Source: a virus. Taken from it: a stretch of 47,486 bases of DNA. Position numbers and translations under genes: made by a program. Each line of letters begins with the position of its first letter. Position 1 is the stretch's first letter. Where the stretch lies: UHGV virus genome UHGV-0176840, one strand, 5' to 3'. Shown one piece after another: positions 1-10,097 of this stretch. The notes below the pieces were generated by a model. It did not search any database. It had not been told where the DNA came from and saw only the letters and a list, made by a program, of their open reading frames with translations.

Positions 1-50
1 CCTTTCTCTTTAACAAAGATTCCGCGAGCGATCACTTCGTATTTAGCCAT
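1..50 (-). CDS. hypothetical protein, N-terminal fragment (ORF runs off window start)
   Basis: ATG at 50-48 on minus strand preceded by GAGGTG SD; encodes MAKYEVIARGIFVKEKG...; reads in frame into the partial ORF at the window end if the sequence is circular. Confidence 0.4.
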   Translation of the reverse strand, partial: MAKYEVIARGIFVKEK

Positions 51-68
51 TATTCACCTCAAATTCAC

Positions 69-96
69 AAAGGGGGCGAAGCCCCCCTTTTTATTA
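69..96 (-). terminator. rho-independent terminator after the capsid gene (bidirectional)
   Basis: GGGGGCgaaGCCCCC stem with T-runs on both strands. Confidence 0.6.
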
Positions 97-1164
97 CAGC
101 GGAGTTTGCGTTCCGTAGCCGTTGAAAACCTTTGATTTTCCTGAATAATCGCGCCGAATTTGCAAACCGAAAGCAGACCACACGAGGAAGTTGAAGTTAG
201 CGTGCGGAGTGGTACGCGGCTCTGCATAGGTGGAAACTGGCTGAGCAACGCGCGGACGGATGTACATATCGTTGCGAACGTAGCCAACGAAATGGTTACC
301 AGTCAGCAGGAAGTTGGTGCCAATCTTACCGATGCGACCATTGCCAAACTGCGTGATGTACTGCTCAACAGTGCCGCCTTTGAAGCCTGCCGCATCAGAA
401 TACGGACGCATGAAGCTGCGACGGACTGCCGGGGAAACCCATAGAGTTACCTGTTCAAATACGTTCTGCGCATCCAGAATAGCCTGGAAATCCTGATTGA
501 AGAAGGTCACGATTTGGTCTGGCGTTGCGGTTTGCAGGTCGATATTCAGGCCGCCGGAAGCATTCAGGTTAACCTGAATGGTGTTCGGGTGGTTGGTGAT
601 ACCGTAGCCAGTGTAAACGCCGTTCACGTTCAGAGTCTGGTCGCCAGTCAGCAGGTACTGTGCCATATCGGAACGCAGGTTGAAGGTAACGTTAGCCTGA
701 TCGTCCAACAATGGGTCGAAACCTTCAGACTGCATACCCAGCAGTTCGCGCCATTCGCGGCTGTAGCCAGTCTTGAAGATTGGAATCACATCGCCAGTGT
801 AATCGTAGCGAGTTTTATCCAAATCTTCCGGTTCCTGACCAGACAGGGTGCGGACGACCTTGCCAGCATCGGAAGCAATGCGGCTGATTGCCACAGTCTT
901 ACCGATGTTGATGTTTGCCGCGATACCCATCAGGTCAGCCATCATATCCTGACCAGCTTCGTTACGGAAAACACGGGTGGTGACGTTGTCCACGTCGCGC
1001 CAGTAATCTTTCGTTACCAGTGCGGTGGCGTTTAGTGAGTATTTTTTCGCAAGAGCATTTTCCGCATTAACAAAAACCTTGCGGTCAATCTTCAGGTGAT
1101 TCCACTGGTCAGCCACCACTGCGGAGTTGGCTACCAGGTCTTTGGTAAAAATAATCTTTTCCAT
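94..1164 (-). CDS. major capsid protein (putative)
   Basis: 356-aa ORF at the end of the head-gene block after decoration and scaffold genes; size and position typical of siphovirus MCP; strong terminator directly downstream. Confidence 0.6.
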   Translation of the reverse strand: MEKIIFTKDLVANSAVVADQWNHLKIDRKVFVNAENALAKKYSLNATALVTKDYWRDVDNVTTRVFRNEAGQDMMADLMGIAANINIGKTVAISRIASDAGKVVRTLSGQEPEDLDKTRYDYTGDVIPIFKTGYSREWRELLGMQSEGFDPLLDDQANVTFNLRSDMAQYLLTGDQTLNVNGVYTGYGITNHPNTIQVNLNASGGLNIDLQTATPDQIVTFFNQDFQAILDAQNVFEQVTLWVSPAVRRSFMRPYSDAAGFKGGTVEQYITQFGNGRIGKIGTNFLLTGNHFVGYVRNDMYIRPRVAQPVSTYAEPRTTPHANFNFLVWSAFGLQIRRDYSGKSKVFNGYGTQTPL

Positions 1165-1166
1165 TA

Positions 1167-3046
<1,880 letters not shown>

Positions 3047-3059
3047 GGTTAACTCTCCA

Positions 3060-3185
3060 CGGTTAGTTTGTGGTCGAATTATAACACAGGGAGATGTAGC
3101 ACCATGAAGCGGTAGCCAGTGCAAACAATGGCGAATTGGTGAGCGCGTAGAGCGTGAGAAAGTAAGTGATAGGGATTATATTCAT
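3060..3185 (-). CDS. small hydrophobic protein (41 aa)
   Basis: Not in ORF track (<60 aa); perfect AGGAGGTG SD 7 nt upstream of ATG 3185; hydrophobic product MNIIPITYFLTLYALTNSPLFALATASWCY... Confidence 0.35.
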
Positions 3186-3240
3186 GGGCCACCTCCTGAT
3201 TAAATGATAGCAGCCCATGTTGAACAAAATATATACGGAG

Positions 3241-3387
3241 TTAGTCTGAAATCACATCATCCATGAATGCGAGCGCAGCACCTGACAGGCAGAACAGAGC
3301 GCCATAGCAGGCAACTTGATACATATCATCAGCATTAAGCACACGGCAGAATGCGTAAGCAGAAAGCGCCCATAGAAGTGGAATCAT
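3241..3387 (-). CDS. small membrane protein (48 aa, putative)
   Basis: Internal Met of ORF 3241..3474; ATGA start/stop overlap with upstream ORF 3384..3635; one predicted TM segment. Confidence 0.3.
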   Translation of the reverse strand: MIPLLWALSAYAFCRVLNADDMYQVACYGALFCLSGAALAFMDDVISD

Positions 3388-3635
3388 TTTCGCTCCGGGA
3401 TAATAATTGTAGTATCGAATGGTGGAATGCACCCAAGGTGGATGTATTCTCCAAATGTATCGAATAGCGCCCACAGCGGGAATGACGAATATCCATCACC
3501 ATCTTTTACTGGCTCGACAAAATCACCAATACTAGGAACCCTCAAACGAAGTTCATCGTGTCGCTTGCGCAGAATGTCGACGCCGTTATCGTTGAGCTTA
3601 ATTTTCACGGACTCATTTATATTAAATTTCATCAC
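3384..3635 (-). CDS. hypothetical protein
   Basis: 83-aa ORF in a chain of overlapping leftward small genes. Confidence 0.4.
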   Translation of the reverse strand: MMKFNINESVKIKLNDNGVDILRKRHDELRLRVPSIGDFVEPVKDGDGYSSFPLWALFDTFGEYIHLGCIPPFDTTIIIPERK

Positions 3636-3961
3636 ACCAACCCCGCATTACGTTTAGCTCTATGTACCAGCTCCATGAAGCGACCAACTGACATTGTTTT
3701 GCGCACCTCAGCAAGAATCGCGCCATGCAACATGCGTTCCTCTCCGTAATACAGCTTATCCAGACGCGTTTTAATGAGTGCGCGCGTGCGTTTCATGTGG
3801 TCGCGCGCCTTAAGTGCTTTCTCATGCCAGACGCGATCATTCTTCTTGTCAGCATATTGCAGTTGACGCTCAACGGTTTCGATTTCAAATGCCAGTTGCA
3901 TGTCATAATCTTCAAGTTGAATGATGTCTGCTTTCATGATGTCGTTTAGCTGGATAATCAT
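3632..3961 (-). CDS. hypothetical protein
   Basis: 109-aa ORF, 4-nt overlaps with both neighbours (translational coupling). Confidence 0.45.
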   Translation of the reverse strand: MIIQLNDIMKADIIQLEDYDMQLAFEIETVERQLQYADKKNDRVWHEKALKARDHMKRTRALIKTRLDKLYYGEERMLHGAILAEVRKTMSVGRFMELVHRAKRNAGLV

Positions 3962-4338
3962 TTTTTCACCTTTAAGCCTGCTTGCTCAAGTTCTTCAATA
4001 AGTTCGTCTGCGTAAATTACATCTCTGTCGAGGTAATACTCACCGGGGAATTGATTAGGAAGCTCAATCTCAATTACTGCGCGCGATGCCTGCCATGCCA
4101 ACCATGCAAGGTTTGTTTGATGGCATTTGTACTGCTGGTTATCCCATTCTGTCATTGGGTATTCCGTGCGCCATAAATCAAAGCCCGTTTCTTCCTTAAC
4201 CCATTTTTCAAACTGCTCTCTGCTCGTCATCTTCACTTCCTCCACTATCCACCCCATCTTTCTACGGTTATTGGCAATAAACTCGTCTGATGTCATAAAC
4301 AGAGTTCTGCCTGATTTATGCTTAATAGCCCATCTCAT
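3958..4338 (-). CDS. hypothetical protein
   Basis: 126-aa ORF, operon-style overlap. Confidence 0.45.
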   Translation of the reverse strand: MRWAIKHKSGRTLFMTSDEFIANNRRKMGWIVEEVKMTSREQFEKWVKEETGFDLWRTEYPMTEWDNQQYKCHQTNLAWLAWQASRAVIEIELPNQFPGEYYLDRDVIYADELIEELEQAGLKVKK

Positions 4339-4463
4339 TTAGTACGTCCTCAGCAAGTTTGCGGAACATTATTTGCACTCTCGCCACCTTGCGCCACTCA
4401 GCTTCGGTGAGAATCACATCCTCCTGCTGCGGTATCCCTGATATTTCGCATGGTGGTAATGGC

Positions 4464-4958
4464 TTATACTCCTGCTTCTTGCGTTTGGATTTCCCCATAA
4501 TGACCTCTTGCGTTGCGAAGAAGTGAGTTGAACAAATTGCTGACGCTTACTTCCTGCTCCAGCCATGAGTAACGCCACAGCTTCTTGTGGTGGTCATAGC
4601 TTCGCGTTACATCTCCGTTGTGAAACATAATGCGGATGCGGCTTTTCACGATGCGATAATCAATGCCAGTGGCAGCGCTGATTTCTTTCACTTCTGAGCC
4701 AGCGTTATCAATTAAATGGCACTTAATCTCATCATCAATACCAGCTGAATCATCAGAGATGAAATACTTATACTGCCACTTACCACCACGAATCACTGAC
4801 TTCTCGCGGCGAATAAAGCCAAGAGCAAGCATCTCATGCAGGCGATGCGTTGTGGTGCTTGAATGCTTTCCTCCGCAATGCCTTTCAATATATGCACGTG
4901 TTGCGCCGGGATGATTGACAATCACGCGCATGATTTGTGATTTATAGTCCATAATCAC
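4464..4958 (-). CDS. putative DNA-binding protein
   Basis: 164-aa ORF; central region resembles a winged-helix fold (inference from sequence pattern only). Confidence 0.4.
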   Translation of the reverse strand: MIMDYKSQIMRVIVNHPGATRAYIERHCGGKHSSTTTHRLHEMLALGFIRREKSVIRGGKWQYKYFISDDSAGIDDEIKCHLIDNAGSEVKEISAATGIDYRIVKSRIRIMFHNGDVTRSYDHHKKLWRYSWLEQEVSVSNLFNSLLRNARGHYGEIQTQEAGV

Positions 4959-5199
4959 GCTCCTTGGCTGCCTGATTGAATTCGTCAGATGTGTAGAGGT
5001 GTCCGTTGCGGGTGTTCCATGACTTCACCGCTGATGCTTGATGAGGCCACTCATCAGTACCACACCCACACTGCGAGCAAGCGACATAATGGCCATGGGT
5101 ATTCTTATCACTGTATGCATCATTACTGTTGCAGAATGGGCACTCCAGTAATCCTTCGTCATTCATCATCGGCATATATGGCACCGTCATTTTAACCAT
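4942..5199 (-). CDS. Lar-like zinc-ribbon protein (possible restriction alleviation)
   Basis: CPFCNS...C..CGCG four-Cys pattern with ...WNTR tail resembles the Lar restriction-alleviation family (Pfam Lar_restr_allev). Confidence 0.5.
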   Translation of the reverse strand: MVKMTVPYMPMMNDEGLLECPFCNSNDAYSDKNTHGHYVACSQCGCGTDEWPHQASAVKSWNTRNGHLYTSDEFNQAAKERDYGL

Positions 5200-5381
5200 T
5201 CTCCCAAGTTGTTAAATTTTGGCGTATCACCTGACCAGTCGATAACGTCTCTCTGCTGATTGCGCTTGCGTTGCAGACGGTTTCGCACCTCTCTCAGTTC
5301 ACATTCAAGCCATTCGCGAGTGCGCTCAACTTCATTCAGTCGCTGGATTAACGATTCTTCGTACAGTTCGTCATGCGCCAT
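5187..5381 (-). CDS. hypothetical coiled-coil protein
   Basis: 64-aa ORF rich in E/R/L heptads. Confidence 0.4.
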   Translation of the reverse strand: MAHDELYEESLIQRLNEVERTREWLECELREVRNRLQRKRNQQRDVIDWSGDTPKFNNLGEWLK

Positions 5382-5441
5382 TTATAATTTCTCCCGTAGA
5401 ATTTGATAACAACGTGCTCAACGCACAGATAACCTTCATCC

Positions 5442-5645
5442 TCAACCGTTACTGGTTGAACTATAAACCACCGCAGATATAAGTTCGTCAGCTTTTTCAC
5501 GACCAGCAACCTCCGCTTCAAGTGCCAGTGAACACATGGCAGTTTCCACATACTTAATGGTATCCTCGCGAACGTTAAGGATTTCCATAACCTCGCGAAC
5601 CTCTTTCTGGTATCTCGCTGCTATTTCTTTGTATCGCATTTCCAC
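5442..5645 (-). CDS. hypothetical protein
   Basis: First gene of the leftward operon leaving the divergent promoter region 5646-5741. Confidence 0.4.
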   Translation of the reverse strand: MEMRYKEIAARYQKEVREVMEILNVREDTIKYVETAMCSLALEAEVAGREKADELISAVVYSSTSNG

Positions 5646-5688
5646 ATCACCTTTTCCGTTGTGGTAGAATCATTCTACACCAATAGTA

Positions 5689-5720
5689 TTGACTAAGTGA
5701 TGTAGATTCGTCAATAATAA
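5689..5720 (+). promoter_or_regulatory. sigma70-like promoter of phage consensus family (TTGACT...TGATGTAGATT)
   Basis: -35 TTGACT 5689-5694, conserved TGATGTAGATT 5698-5708; upstream perfect palindrome GTAGAATcATTCTAC 5664-5678 in the divergent region. Confidence 0.45.
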
Positions 5721-5741
5721 ATTTCGAAAGGAGTAGTAAAT

Positions 5742-5966
5742 ATGCCAAGACCACGACGCGAGCCGATGGACATTATCACCAGCATTGTGGAGAAGCGGCA
5801 GCCGCTGACACTCCGTGATGTTCGCTACTTTGCCCGTTGCTATGTGGCGCTGGCTGATATGTCTAAGGATGATATGTATGATTTTATTCGGGCGAATTTT
5901 AATGTTGATGAATACAACCGCGTCACAATGCCGCGACGCGAGATGATTAAGTGGAGAGAGAAATGA
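5742..5966 (+). CDS. hypothetical protein
   Basis: GGAG SD; first gene after promoter 5689-5720. Confidence 0.45.
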   Translation: MPRPRREPMDIITSIVEKRQPLTLRDVRYFARCYVALADMSKDDMYDFIRANFNVDEYNRVTMPRREMIKWREK

Positions 5967-6454
5967 AGAAGTGGAAATATCGGAAGGGTTGTGAGAAGGA
6001 TTTTGACGGTCACAACTCAGCTGTTCTTGTGGTTAAGTCAGGGCACACTGGTGAAACTTACTGTCTAAGTAGCTATTATGCTGGTCGGATTGGTGAGATC
6101 GAAGCATTAGGGGATATTGTTATTGCATACCGCGAGCCAATTACCGATGAGCAAGACCTCAACGAGTGCATTTGCGCGCCGGAAGCTGACACAACAGAGC
6201 AGCTCATCACCGAGCGAGGTAGCCGATACGGTAAATTCAAAGATGGCGCTGAAATCATGCAGGAGCTAAAAGATGTGATGCGCGAGGTGGATGGCTGGCA
6301 CAATCTGACACCAAGCCAACGCGAGGCGCTAGACATGATTCAGCACAAGATTGGACGCATCCTGAATGGCGATCCGACCTATGATGACAGCTGGAAAGAT
6401 ATTGCTGGCTATGCAACGTTAATTGTTAATGAACTGAACGGAGAGATTAAATAA
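5951..6454 (+). CDS. hypothetical protein
   Basis: 167-aa ORF; C-terminal ...SQREALDMIQHKIGRIL...DDSWKDIAGYATL resembles small MazG-like/nucleotide-binding phage proteins (weak). Confidence 0.45.
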   Translation: MEREMKKWKYRKGCEKDFDGHNSAVLVVKSGHTGETYCLSSYYAGRIGEIEALGDIVIAYREPITDEQDLNECICAPEADTTEQLITERGSRYGKFKDGAEIMQELKDVMREVDGWHNLTPSQREALDMIQHKIGRILNGDPTYDDSWKDIAGYATLIVNELNGEIK

Positions 6455-6654
6455 TGAAAGCAACGCATAACTCCTGTTATATCGACATTGAGTTTGATGA
6501 TAATGAGCAGCAATGCTTTATCGTTGATAAAGATGGTCACAAAGAGTTTCTTACACCATCATTGCGAATCAAGGCTAATGGCGTTCTGGTAGAGATTCCT
6601 GTTGACGCATTTATTATAGACAAAATCAAAATTACCGAAATGGAGATTAAATAA
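6454..6654 (+). CDS. hypothetical protein
   Basis: 66-aa ORF, ATGA-type overlap with flanking genes. Confidence 0.4.
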   Translation: MKATHNSCYIDIEFDDNEQQCFIVDKDGHKEFLTPSLRIKANGVLVEIPVDAFIIDKIKITEMEIK

Positions 6655-6962
6655 TGGCATTCTGCGACATCACCATTGCGCAACGAAACGCGAACTTTAC
6701 CAATATTGCTGATACGTCCGCACAACTGGTATCACTGAATAGCGACGGAAGCGCAGTACTGAAAATCGGTATGGAAACGGCGCAATTCATCGTGCAGAAT
6801 CTGTCACAGGCAAACGCAAAGCAGGTGCTAATCAGCACGGGTAGTGTTCTGTTTCTGGCTGGTAATTACAATGCACCGAATCTTGAGTGTTCACTGGTGC
6901 GCATCGTCGAAACGACTGCGGAGGAAGTTGTTAATGAGCCAACAACACTGCCAGCAGAGTGA
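6654..6962 (+). CDS. hypothetical protein
   Basis: 102-aa ORF; followed by a possible 31-codon ORF (6994..7089) and terminator 7096-7117. Confidence 0.4.
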   Translation: MAFCDITIAQRNANFTNIADTSAQLVSLNSDGSAVLKIGMETAQFIVQNLSQANAKQVLISTGSVLFLAGNYNAPNLECSLVRIVETTAEEVVNEPTTLPAE

Positions 6963-7095
6963 GCCACAAAAACCATCTGCATGGTGTGAGCAAATGGAGC
7001 GCAGTGCGAAAGATGGTGATGAGGCGTATGCTTATTTCCAGCTGAAGCAGATGTGGAAGCAGAGAGAAAACTCAGATCAAGCCAATTAAACACAA

Positions 7096-7117
7096 GCCCC
7101 ATTACGGGGCTTTTTTA
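7096..7117 (+). terminator. rho-independent terminator (Rz stop codon lies in its loop)
   Basis: GCCCCattacGGGGC + TTTTTT. Confidence 0.6.
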
Positions 7118-7593
7118 TTGCGTAACGAATTGTACTGCGCCTCACACGCTAATCCTGCTTCTCTTGCCCTGTCAGCGTAATCTGCCAGTTGTCGATTTCT
7201 TTCGACAGATGCTGCGAGCACGTCGGCAAGCAAAATTCCGGTGCTGGCGGCTGGATTGCCAATGGACTCAGCGGTGGAATATCCGACAAGCTGCTTGCGG
7301 ATATTTGCGAGCTGTTGCTGCAACCTGCCAGACTTAGCAGCAGCATTAACAGCATCATTGCGCGCAGCATCAATCCGTTGCTGTGCGTCGGCCTGAATCT
7401 TTTGTAGTTCTGCATTGCGTCGTTGCTCCTCTTGTTCGTCTGCGGCCTTTTGCTCTGCGATTGCTTGAGCCTTGCCTTCTGCGTATCGCTGATCGCCGTA
7501 CTCTATAACCTCCCCGCGAATCCACAGCGCGCCAGCTGCAACAATTATAATAATTGCCAGCGGTCGCCAGTATCTACTGAGTACTGTTTCCAT
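7102..7593 (-). CDS. Rz: i-spanin Rz
   Basis: N-terminal TM segment followed by long coiled-coil, Q/A/R-rich; contains the Rz1 ORF in the +1 frame. Confidence 0.8.
   Translation of the reverse strand: METVLSRYWRPLAIIIIVAAGALWIRGEVIEYGDQRYAEGKAQAIAEQKAADEQEEQRRNAELQKIQADAQQRIDAARNDAVNAAAKSGRLQQQLANIRKQLVGYSTAESIGNPAASTGILLADVLAASVERNRQLADYADRAREAGLACEAQYNSLRNKKAP
7149..7370 (-). CDS. Rz1: o-spanin Rz1 (embedded in Rz)
   Basis: Embedded ORF with lipobox LLLSLAGCSN and proline-rich mature part (PPLSPLAIQPPAPEF); classic nested Rz/Rz1 architecture. Confidence 0.75.
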   Translation of the reverse strand: MLRAMMLLMLLLSLAGCSNSSQISASSLSDIPPLSPLAIQPPAPEFCLPTCSQHLSKEIDNWQITLTGQEKQD

Positions 7594-7715
7594 TTCCCGA
7601 AACTCCAGCCAGCCATAAGTGAGGATGGGCTATGCAGTTGGTTATAAAGTGCAATCCCTTGGTGGTCTGGTATGCAAAGTAAAATCCACTCCGCATCTTC
7701 ATCAGTTTATGTATT

Positions 7716-7955
7716 TCACGCATTCTTGCTTTCATCTTTTAACCTCTTATTCGCCTTATTCATCGCATGCATCTTGCCGAGGATGCCAATCAGCATGATT
7801 GAGTAGCTAACACCCTTAACCACGATTGGCGGTAGCGCCGCTTTCAGGTCATCAGGCATCATTACCCACACATGCATCATTGCGTCAGGCCATAGCTGCA
7901 ACAGTGAGCAGAATGAAATCCACGCGCCGAGCAGCCAGTTACTTAGCTTTTTCAT
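7716..7955 (-). CDS. holin-like small membrane protein
   Basis: 79 aa, two hydrophobic segments, charged C-terminus; ATGA overlap with endolysin stop; unusually it sits after the endolysin. Confidence 0.45.
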   Translation of the reverse strand: MKKLSNWLLGAWISFCSLLQLWPDAMMHVWVMMPDDLKAALPPIVVKGVSYSIMLIGILGKMHAMNKANKRLKDESKNA

Positions 7956-8416
7956 GCCACAACTCCGCCAGCATCCTTGTATACCTGAATCAGCTTATCC
8001 AGTTTCTGCTCATGCTGACCATAGCCAGCGCCCGGCAATGAAGCCCAGCGTGAACGGCATTTATGAATGGCATCAGCAATGCGACCGGACTCAATATCAG
8101 CGGTGGCCCTGCATTCACGGATTAGCTGCATTGCAATGGCGTCCTGCGATGCGGGGGAGAAGTCATGCAGGCGCAGCTGCTTTTTGTAAGCGTCATAAAA
8201 CTTAGCCAGTACCTGATAGCGCCCAGCGGCAGTGGATTTGATGCCCAGCTTTGGCAGGCTAATCAGCTTGCGCGGGTGGTCGGAGTAGTCAGTAAATAGC
8301 GAGCCACCGACAATTACATCATAACCATGATTATTGGTTTTCTGTCGCCCGTTATCCGTGCCTTCGCTGTACGCCAGCATATCCAGAAACGCCTTCATGT
8401 TTTTGCTAATAGCCAT
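7952..8416 (-). CDS. R: endolysin, lambda R-like lytic transglycosylase
   Basis: KAFLDMLAYSEGTDNGRQKTNNHGYDVIVGGSLFTDYSDHPRKL is near-identical in pattern to lambda R; start refined to the Met with AGAGG SD. Confidence 0.9.
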   Translation of the reverse strand: MAISKNMKAFLDMLAYSEGTDNGRQKTNNHGYDVIVGGSLFTDYSDHPRKLISLPKLGIKSTAAGRYQVLAKFYDAYKKQLRLHDFSPASQDAIAMQLIRECRATADIESGRIADAIHKCRSRWASLPGAGYGQHEQKLDKLIQVYKDAGGVVA

Positions 8417-8684
8417 ACCAGTAAACCTCTTTTTCAGCCTTGCGTTTTGCTTTATCTCCAGTCTTCTCGCCCCACACGATGAAATGCGCAACAGCACACG
8501 AGAAGCAGCGAAGATTATGTTTCTTCAGAAGCGTTGATTTGCGGAAAGTGTCAATGCCGATGTCGGTGGCGATACTTGTCAGTGCATCAAACTGATTCTG
8601 AGTTGTCTCGGTGGTGATGTAAGGCGATATATCCACGGCATCGGTAATTCCAAACATCTCCATGCCGCGTTGCGATAGTTTCAT
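8406..8684 (-). CDS. hypothetical protein, first gene of lysis operon
   Basis: Strong AGGAGG SD; no TM segments; function unknown. Confidence 0.45.
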   Translation of the reverse strand: MKLSQRGMEMFGITDAVDISPYITTETTQNQFDALTSIATDIGIDTFRKSTLLKKHNLRCFSCAVAHFIVWGEKTGDKAKRKAEKEVYWYGY

Positions 8685-8728
8685 TCTGCCTCCTGTTTAA
8701 ATAATGATTAATTCTATCACAATGACTA

Positions 8729-8769
8729 TTGACGTAGATTGAGTGGTGGTGCATAGTATCTACATCAAA
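8729..8769. promoter_or_regulatory. divergent promoter pair (TTGACGTAGATT plus-strand; TGATGTAGATA minus-strand)
   Basis: TTGACG 8729 - 17 nt - CATAGT for the rightward operon; inverted copy 8757-8767 faces the leftward lysis operon. Confidence 0.5.
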
Positions 8770-8941
8770 CGATGAGTGAGGAAGAAATCATGGTAATGGT
8801 CAAATTCAAAGAAAACGGACGTTGCGGAGCGTTCAATCTTCAGCAAATCAAAATCCGTCCGTGCGGAAAAGTGGTTGCGCCATTTGGTCTGGTGCAGATG
8901 CGCGAAGTTGAGATTGTTGAATATATTAAGTGAGGTTGGTG

Positions 8942-9244
8942 ATGGAAGAGTTTAAAGGAACGCAAGGAAAATGGGAGGTTGTTATTGGTGATGATAACGC
9001 CCCGGATGTTATCTCGGGTATTGGAGTTGAGATTGCCTTCACTCCAACATATAACGGCGACAAAACCGAGCAATGGCATAACGCAAAGTTAATCGCAGCA
9101 TCACCTGAACTGCTCTCAGCACTCCAGCAACTACTGGAAATCTACGACGACCACTCCGGCAAAGTCTGGACAACATCAAGCAAGCGTCGCGCTCTGGATG
9201 ATGCGCGTGCGGCGGTTAATAAGGCATTGGGAGAAACAAAATGA
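8942..9244 (+). CDS. hypothetical protein, paralog of 26897..27229
   Basis: MEEFKGTQGKWE...NAKLIAASPELLSAL...AAVNKALGE shares N- and C-terminal motifs with the product of 26897..27229. Confidence 0.5.
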   Translation: MEEFKGTQGKWEVVIGDDNAPDVISGIGVEIAFTPTYNGDKTEQWHNAKLIAASPELLSALQQLLEIYDDHSGKVWTTSSKRRALDDARAAVNKALGETK

Positions 9245-9420
9245 CATGGATTCTGTTTATTATTGTTGCATCATATCAAGGTCCAGCAGTAGCAACGGCT
9301 GAGTTTTCTAATTATGATGCATGTGAAAAGGCAGCCAAAAACATAAGTGCAATTTTCAATAAAAACTATATCGGTTTCGATGCTATTTGTGTTCAAAAAG
9401 GTACTGGAGAAACAAAATGA
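9241..9420 (+). CDS. small secreted/membrane protein (58 aa)
   Basis: Not in ORF track; ATGA overlaps at both ends; signal-peptide-like N-terminus MTWILFIIVASYQGPAVATAEF. Confidence 0.35.
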   Translation: MTWILFIIVASYQGPAVATAEFSNYDACEKAAKNISAIFNKNYIGFDAICVQKGTGETK

Positions 9421-9992
9421 AACTTATCGACCTGTTAGTTCAAGAATTGCCTAAGCGTGGTGGGTGGCCTGAGGGTGTAGACAGCATTCATCAAGACCAC
9501 GACGGAGAGATTTATGCATGGAGCGGATCATCAGCTAAGTTCCTGTTTAGGACTGGCATTATTGCGGATAATTGCAGACCATACGGATTAGATGAGTCCA
9601 TTGAGAATATGGTAACTCGCAATCAATACAAATCCGTGCTCGCCTTGTCACAAAAGCAATCATGGAACGGCGAAGGCCTGCCGCCAGTTGGGTGTGAAGT
9701 TGAGTATATCAGCAACGGATCGTCATGGGGAAAAGTTAAGGTTATTGGTCTCGATGGTGAAAAAGTAGTTATCAGGCCATCTGGTGAAATTTACTATGCG
9801 ATAACCCCATCCAATAAAGATGTTTTCATCCCACTCCGCACAGAAGCAGACAAGAAGCGCGATGCAGCGCTGGATGCGATTTATGGTGCTATCGCTAGTG
9901 CAAAAAGAGAGCACAATCGCTCTGATGAGGCTGACGAGGTTTATAAAGCCATCGCAGCAGGCAAGATTCCCGGCGTTAAACTGGATGATTAA
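9417..9992 (+). CDS. hypothetical protein
   Basis: 191-aa ORF from ATG 9417 (ATGA overlap), terminator 10071-10096 downstream. Confidence 0.45.
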   Translation: MKLIDLLVQELPKRGGWPEGVDSIHQDHDGEIYAWSGSSAKFLFRTGIIADNCRPYGLDESIENMVTRNQYKSVLALSQKQSWNGEGLPPVGCEVEYISNGSSWGKVKVIGLDGEKVVIRPSGEIYYAITPSNKDVFIPLRTEADKKRDAALDAIYGAIASAKREHNRSDEADEVYKAIAAGKIPGVKLDD

Positions 9993-10070
9993 AACAATAT
10001 TCAGCGTCGTAGAGATATTGTGCTATGCGATAATAATATTTGTTCTGTGTGTGCTGATAAGATAAACCAA

Positions 10071-10096
10071 GCCCTCACTTAGAGGGCTTTTTGTTT
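10071..10096 (+). terminator. rho-independent terminator
   Basis: GCCCTCacttaGAGGGC + TTTTTGTTT. Confidence 0.6.
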
Positions 10097-10097
10097 G

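Noticed and set aside
8729-8740. TAGATT immediately following TTGACG as the -10 element
   Set aside because: It is adjacent to the -35 with no spacer. The functional -10 candidates lie 17 nt downstream (CATAGT, TAGATT or TATAGT), and the adjacent TAGATT is part of the conserved extended motif.
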